DNA of 12,961 nucleotides from assembly GCA_043819135.1 (NCBI GenBank), contig JBDRFG010000018.1, positions 1 to 12,961 on the forward strand, given 5' to 3'. Position 1 is the first letter of the stretch, and each line of letters begins with the position of its first letter. Made by a program: the position numbers and the translations under genes. Positions 8,874 to 12,961 of the stretch are shown piece by piece. The notes under the pieces were generated by a model. The model made no database searches, had not been told where the DNA came from, and saw only the letters and a program-made list of their open reading frames with translations. This DNA is from Candidatus Eiseniibacteriota bacterium. GTDB taxonomy: Bacteria > Joyebacterota > Joyebacteria > Joyebacterales > Joyebacteraceae.

Positions 8874-8944
8874 GCGGTTCCTTCCAGCGCGACGCGGTCG
8901 GGTGCCGGCGACCCCGGTTTTCGAGACGTGCGAGACGCCTGAAA
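8874..8944 (+). repeat. cos-like (phage packaging signal-like) element, copy B
   Basis: GCGGTTCCTTCC, spacer, then GTCGGGTGCCGGCGACCCCGGTTTTCGAGACGTGCGAGACGCCTGAAA (8897-8944). Direct repeat of 2590-2659. Contains the GGTCG-N8-CGACC dyad and resembles lambda GGGTCCTTTCC...GGGCGGCGACCTCGCGGGTTTTCG. Confidence 0.62.
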
Positions 8945-8947
8945 CAA

Positions 8948-9193
8948 GTTGCCACTTGCCGGTTGCCAGTTGCCACTTGCCAAGTTGCGCCGAGGCCCAG
9001 TAGCACGACCACCCCATCCTGCGATCGCCGGAAAGGCCCAAGCCAAGGGCCTCATTGAGCCACAAGGCCGTTCCCAAGAAGGCGGAGGCCTGCCAAGAAC
9101 GAACGCCAAAAGGGGTGGCAAGTGGCAACCACTCGACGTGGCAACTCGGACCAAGTTGCCACGTCGGCCACCGTGGGCGCCACAGTGGCGCCC
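8948..9193. repeat. Cluster of GTTGCCA-type heptamer repeats and palindromes (probable protein-binding array)
   Basis: Five tandem (G/C)TTGCC(A/G) units at 8948-8982. 14-bp inverted copy TGGCAAGTGGCAAC at 9116-9129. Perfect 13-bp inverted repeat CGACGTGGCAACT/AGTTGCCACGTCG at 9134-9166. GGGCGCCAC-A-GTGGCGCCC palindrome at 9175-9193. Confidence 0.85.
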
Positions 9194-9356
9194 TGTCGCG
9201 CGGATTCCGGGGCTCTGGCCGTCCTTGCGCGCCCATATCCGCGGTCTTCGCCCGGGGCGCGCCCCCGTTGCAGCCGAATCCCCTTCCCATGTGGCGCCCC
9301 AAGCTTGTCACTGTGACTGCGCCGGGCATGCGGCCCGGGCGGGAAAGGAGGCAACG

Positions 9357-9611
9357 ATGCGCTACGGACTGGATGACAAGCTCTGGGTCGTGGTGGACCC
9401 CACACCGCAGAGCACGCTTGGGGACATTCTCTTCCAGGCGTCGCTCAGGGACTTGAGCCTGCAGTTCAAGGGCGGGCTGAGCGTCGCTGAGAACCCGACG
9501 CTCTTCACCGACGAGCAGGAGGCGGTCGCCGAGGTCCATCGGAGGCTCGATCGGACGCGCAGCAGGCTCGACAAGCTGGCGAACGATCTTCCCGAATCTC
9601 CCCAGCAGTGA
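9357..9611 (+). CDS. Small hypothetical protein (84 aa), probably phage/mobile-element origin
   Basis: AAGGAGG RBS (9345-9351) 5 nt before ATG; GC3-rich codons; globular-looking sequence MRYGLDDKLWVVVDPTPQSTLGDILFQASL... Confidence 0.8.
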   Translation: MRYGLDDKLWVVVDPTPQSTLGDILFQASLRDLSLQFKGGLSVAENPTLFTDEQEAVAEVHRRLDRTRSRLDKLANDLPESPQQ

Positions 9612-9630
9612 CTCGATCGGAGGCGATAGC

Positions 9631-9861
9631 ATGAGGACCAGCGAGAACCCGCGATTCGGCCTCCAGGCACGCCAGGTCTTCTGGAACGAGCGTGGCAGCA
9701 TCGTCTGCGCGTGCTGCCACATCCCCTACCCGGGCTCCGACACCTGGGTCTGGGAGCGGTGGGAGGAGATCACACCAGAGATGATGGTTGAGATCGACCG
9801 CGAGGGCGGTCACGCGGCGTGCGAGGGCTGCGGCAAGGAGCCGCGCCGGATCGTGGGCTGA
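9631..9861 (+). CDS. Small hypothetical protein (76 aa) with putative Zn-binding Cys/His motifs
   Basis: GGAGG RBS at 9619-9623; starts 19 nt after the previous stop; CACCH and CEGC motifs; Trp-rich. Confidence 0.75.
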   Translation: MRTSENPRFGLQARQVFWNERGSIVCACCHIPYPGSDTWVWERWEEITPEMMVEIDREGGHAACEGCGKEPRRIVG

Positions 9862-9891
9862 ACCCGTCTGGAAAGGAGATGCAAGACGGGT
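9862..9891. terminator. Possible hairpin between convergent transcription units
   Basis: ACCCGTCT-N14-AGACGGGT immediately after the 9631-9861 stop; no U-tract. Confidence 0.25.
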
Positions 9892-10002
9892 GGGTCCGCA
9901 CCCGCGGGAAGCACAAGGGTTGATGCGCGGAGCCGGCCACCCAGAACGCGCCCGTCGCCCCATCCCCAGATGGTTAGGAAGCTCGCTTCCGACGATTCGC
10001 CT

Positions 10003-10599
10003 CTATCTCTTGAAGTGAATCATGAGCAGATAGAGAGCCACCGCTACCAAGATACTGGCAGAGATCCCCAGGTTGACTACCAAGAGGACATCCACGCGTG
10101 ACGCTGCGGAGAGATCATGAATGACCTTCTCCACGGCCACGAGGACGACGATGGCCGGGAACAGCCAGACGTAGATCCAGGAGGCGAACTCACAGAACGC
10201 AGGGTACCGGCTCAAGTACGTCTTTCCCTCTCGGGTGAAGGCCTTCCCGCCATACTCAGCGCTGAGGAGATCCTCAAGACCGTGGACGTAGGTGTACTGC
10301 CGCTCGACATGGATGACAGTCTGGAAGTATCTGATGAGCACAGCGAGGAACGTGAACCAGATCGCCCCCCCGACGAACGACACATCCGGGGCGGACGCTA
10401 CTGCAAGCCGACTTCGTACGAACTCCGTGATGATCTTCGCAGCTAGACCGGGAGCGAATAGCTGGAACAACACAACTGTGCCGAGAACGAGAAGCAGCGC
10501 GAAAAGGCGATCCCGAAACCGCACATGCGCCATGATCTCTGCGACGGAGTCCCGATAATGCTCCGCAAGCAACTGCGCCTTCGTATCCTCGCTCATCAT
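10003..10599 (-). CDS. Four-transmembrane-helix membrane protein, putative TIR-associated effector
   Basis: About 198 aa; ATG at 10599 (or 10596), 6 nt after the TIR stop. Four hydrophobic segments (LFALLLVLGTVVLFQLFA; VSFVGGAIWFTFLAVLI; FASWIYVWLFPAIVVLVAV; VLLVVNLGISASILVAVALYLLMI), a polar N-terminal helix (EHYRDS...RFRDR) and a polar loop (VERQYTYVHGLE...FTREGKTY). Confidence 0.85.
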   Translation of the reverse strand: MMSEDTKAQLLAEHYRDSVAEIMAHVRFRDRLFALLLVLGTVVLFQLFAPGLAAKIITEFVRSRLAVASAPDVSFVGGAIWFTFLAVLIRYFQTVIHVERQYTYVHGLEDLLSAEYGGKAFTREGKTYLSRYPAFCEFASWIYVWLFPAIVVLVAVEKVIHDLSAASRVDVLLVVNLGISASILVAVALYLLMIHFKR

Positions 10600-10605
10600 T
10601 GTCAA

Positions 10606-11031
10606 TCACGCCTCACGGAGCGCACGGAGAATCGCTTGCTCCTCAAACGCAAACGCCCAGGAGGCATTTGCCCCCGAGAGCTCATCAGGAGACTCATAGC
10701 TGCGATCGATCTTGATGGCTACGACCTTGTTTCTACTCGCCTTGCTCCGGTTGATCTCAAAGTTGATCCAGTTCTTGAATCCTATCAGATCCCGCTTCGG
10801 GTGCGGCGAATTCGCGTACTGGCCTATTATGACCAACGTATGCGTCGCCGAGTTGATCTTCGCCGTCAGCGCTGCCTTGATGGCTCCGACGTTGGACGAG
10901 TTGATCTCACCCGGCGTTCTGTCCGCAAAGGAGAAGTCGAAGTCGGGATTCGCGTCCCACGCCTCGAGCAGGTACTTGTAGTGCCTGTCGTGGTCATAGT
11001 CGAAGCTCACGAAGCACATCCGCTTGGCCAT
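10606..11031 (-). CDS. TIR-domain protein, Thoeris ThsB/DUF1863 (MTH538)-like (141 aa)
   Basis: AAGGAGG RBS (11037-11043) 5 nt before ATG 11031 (MAKRMCFVSFDYDHD). Motifs FVSF, IKAALTAKINSATHTLVIIG and WINFEI with the putative catalytic Glu92 (10756-10758), then KVVAIKI. Confidence 0.88.
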   Translation of the reverse strand: MAKRMCFVSFDYDHDRHYKYLLEAWDANPDFDFSFADRTPGEINSSNVGAIKAALTAKINSATHTLVIIGQYANSPHPKRDLIGFKNWINFEINRSKASRNKVVAIKIDRSYESPDELSGANASWAFAFEEQAILRALREA

Positions 11032-11036
11032 AGGGT

Positions 11037-11043
11037 CCTCCTT
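11037..11043 (-). promoter_or_regulatory. Ribosome-binding site of the TIR gene
   Basis: AAGGAGG 5 nt upstream of ATG 11031. Confidence 0.8.
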
Positions 11044-11086
11044 CCTCGGTTCTTCTGACCGCATTCTGCCGTTCGTCGCACTTGCG

Positions 11087-12961
11087 TCACTCCAGAATCG
11101 CCTTCAAGAAGGCGTCCGCCGCGTCGGAGTAGAACACGATGTTGATCCTAGTGGCCATGTCGTCCGGCAGCTCTAACAGCTGTCGCCGCGAGGAGATGGG
11201 CATCAGAAGCTGCGCTGCACCCTTCTCCACGCCTAGCTCCGCCACCGCCACAGCGTTTGGCACCATCTCCACCGAGCCCCCGAGCGTGAGAGAACCCATG
11301 ATGATGAGTCCGCCCTTCGTACTTCGCTCCATCAGGCTCCCACACAGCGCAATCAGCACGGGGAGACCGAGTCCATGGCCTGACCGGTCTGTGTCCATGG
11401 CCCGCAGTTGGACCGAGAACTCGTGGCTGCGCGGGTCACGGTCTCCCACTAGATCCTTCGATTGCGAATAGAGATTCTGCTCTCCGAAACGAACGCTCTC
11501 GCGGAATGCGGGTGGCACAGGAGCATTGAGTATCTTCACACCACTCCCTGGACCGCAGGTTGCCTCAATGCGATAGAGCGATGGGGTTGAATCCGGTCCG
11601 CCGGGGCTGATCGCCCACACCTGTCCGGGAGGCAGCGGGTCGGATTCGATGGCTTCGTCGCTATGAAGCTCTGGGGTCGAGACATACTGCTCGACGCCGT
11701 CCACGCCCATGAAGTAACTGAAGTGCGTGTTGCGGAACTCGGTCTTGAGGCATCGCTTCTGCTGCTCTTTGACCCGCCGTCGCGCTTCCAGCGCCACACG
11801 GACAATCTTCTCAAGATCTTCGTCGGGGATCGGCATCTCGGCGTCAGGAAAGAGGAGCTTGAGAAGACCGCTGATGGTCTTGTTCACAGCCTCGATGTCC
11901 CGGCCACTCAGCGCACCACCCCAGTGAGCGCGGCCCTGGAGCACTGATATGCGCGTGCCCTCCCGCAGCTTCGTCCAGCACTCCGAAAGGAAGTCAGTCA
12001 CCAGGCCGAAGTGGTCCGTGAGATGCTCGTCGGCCTTCAGCTTCGGAAAGTCCCAGCCAGGTGCATAACCATGGATTCGGTCCATGAACGCTGTGTCGTT
12101 GCGCATCTCGGGCGGCAGCGGGCTGAACAAGTGGCCAATGCGCTGTTGCTGCTGGACATCTACATCGAAGTTCCCCACCATCACCAAGCTGCCCGAAGCC
12201 CGAATGCTCTCCTTGCCCCGTGAGAACTCACCAGCAGCCATGTATCCCTTGAGGATGTTCACGCCGTCCTTCTGGTCGAACGAGATGCCCGACACCTCAT
12301 CGAAGCACACCACATCATAGAGACAGACCAGGCCGCGCTGTCCGCTCGACATATTTACAAACATCTTCGCGACTGTCGCTTTCCCTCCCGATATCAGGTG
12401 CGAGTAGGGCGAGATCTGCTGGTACAGGTGGCTCTTGCCGGTCCCGCGGGGTCCGAGTTCTACAAGGTTGTAGTTCCGCTCGACGAATGGAACCATCCGA
12501 AGCAGAGCCACGATCCTCGCCCGCTCCGACATCGCCCCAGGCTCCAAACCGACCGAGCGGAGAAGGAAGTCCGTCCACTCGGACGTCGTGAAGTGCCCGC
12601 GTCCATTCGTCAGCGTCACGACCACGTCAGGCTTCGAGAGCTGGATCGCACGGAGGCTCTCCACCGCAAACGGCCGACCGTGCCTTTCTTCCGCGATGGC
12701 GGCGTCATAGGTGAGTGTGACCTCTGCGTAGAAGCCGTCGGTCAGCATCCGCTCGTGATCGTGAACGAGCGTGTCGGCGATCCGCACATCCTTCAGTCCA
12801 AGGCTCGGAAGCTCTACCAAAAACGAATCAGTCTTCGCATCCAGGCGCGCCTTGACGATGTCGATCAGCTTGACCGAGCCCTTCTCGCGCGCCCGTGCCT
12901 TGAATAGCTCCTGTTCGCTCGTACGGACTGTCCGGTCCTGCAGTTGCCGTTCTACGATCTT
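11087..12961 (-). CDS. brxL: BREX system Lon-like AAA+ protein BrxL; 5' end lies beyond the right edge
   Basis: Frame stays open past the track start (12820) to the window edge (KIVERQLQDRTVRTSEQELFKARAREKG...). Motifs LLRMVPFVERNYNLVELGPRGTGKSH (Walker A), SGGKATVAKMF, YDVVCFDEV (Walker B), LKGYMAAGEFSRG, DTAFMDRIH, EARRRVKEQ, and a C-terminal Lon-protease-like domain (GSLTLGGSV...GAAQLLMP). Confidence 0.92.
   Translation of the reverse strand, partial: KIVERQLQDRTVRTSEQELFKARAREKGSVKLIDIVKARLDAKTDSFLVELPSLGLKDVRIADTLVHDHERMLTDGFYAEVTLTYDAAIAEERHGRPFAVESLRAIQLSKPDVVVTLTNGRGHFTTSEWTDFLLRSVGLEPGAMSERARIVALLRMVPFVERNYNLVELGPRGTGKSHLYQQISPYSHLISGGKATVAKMFVNMSSGQRGLVCLYDVVCFDEVSGISFDQKDGVNILKGYMAAGEFSRGKESIRASGSLVMVGNFDVDVQQQQRIGHLFSPLPPEMRNDTAFMDRIHGYAPGWDFPKLKADEHLTDHFGLVTDFLSECWTKLREGTRISVLQGRAHWGGALSGRDIEAVNKTISGLLKLLFPDAEMPIPDEDLEKIVRVALEARRRVKEQQKRCLKTEFRNTHFSYFMGVDGVEQYVSTPELHSDEAIESDPLPPGQVWAISPGGPDSTPSLYRIEATCGPGSGVKILNAPVPPAFRESVRFGEQNLYSQSKDLVGDRDPRSHEFSVQLRAMDTDRSGHGLGLPVLIALCGSLMERSTKGGLIIMGSLTLGGSVEMVPNAVAVAELGVEKGAAQLLMPISSRRQLLELPDDMATRINIVFYSDAADAFLKAILE

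Noticed and set aside
2590..8944. attL/attR or IS-end interpretation of the long direct repeat
   Set aside because: No integrase, transposase or tRNA fragment nearby, mismatches are scattered, and the bipartite layout fits a cos-like site better; not fully excluded.
8948..9193. CRISPR array
   Set aside because: Units are 7-14 bp, tandem or inverted, with no regular 25-45-nt spacers and no cas genes.
8115..9722. 535-aa ORF as a single GIY-YIG fusion protein
   Set aside because: The first ~400 codons cross the repeat array and overlap two plus-strand genes with strong RBSs, and read as non-protein-like; only 8115-8519 is credible.
9870..9979. attC after the 4TM gene (TCCTAAC at 9973-9979, minus strand)
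   Set aside because: No L-box pattern or convincing complementary GTTRRRY partner downstream.
10003..10599. Calling the 4TM protein ThsA
   Set aside because: No SIR2, SLOG or Macro domain is visible and the protein is too short to hold one.
11032..11064. Upstream start of the TIR ORF at 11064 (track)
   Set aside because: The AAGGAGG RBS points to ATG 11031, where the TIR fold begins.
10117..12907. Short ORFs overlapping the 4TM, TIR and brxL genes
   Set aside because: Antisense or off-frame to well-supported genes.

Overview
GC-rich accessory region resembling a phage-satellite/genomic-island defence hotspot. Left to right: (1) a primase-helicase gene (helical N-terminal domain + TOPRIM + DUF3987/YfjI-type ATPase; minus strand, ATG 2301, runs off the left edge and is absent from the ORF track); (2) a lambda-cos-like site at ~2590-2682; (3) a 1714-aa STAND/NACHT-type (Avs-like) NTPase whose N-terminal PD-(D/E)xK-like domain looks degenerate; (4) a lone integron attC-like site directly behind a small GIY-YIG nuclease gene; (5) a second diverged cos-like copy (8874-8944) followed by GTTGCCA direct and inverted repeats; (6) two small phage-like plus-strand genes; (7) converging from the right, the 3' part of a BREX brxL gene followed by a ThsB-like TIR gene and a 4-TM membrane protein gene. 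Best candidates for something new: the TIR + 4TM pair appended to brxL (Thoeris-like signalling with an effector lacking a recognisable SIR2/SLOG/Macro domain), and the two cos-like sites bracketing a 6.3-kb Avs-like + GIY-YIG cassette. All family calls come from reading motifs by eye; no searches were run.
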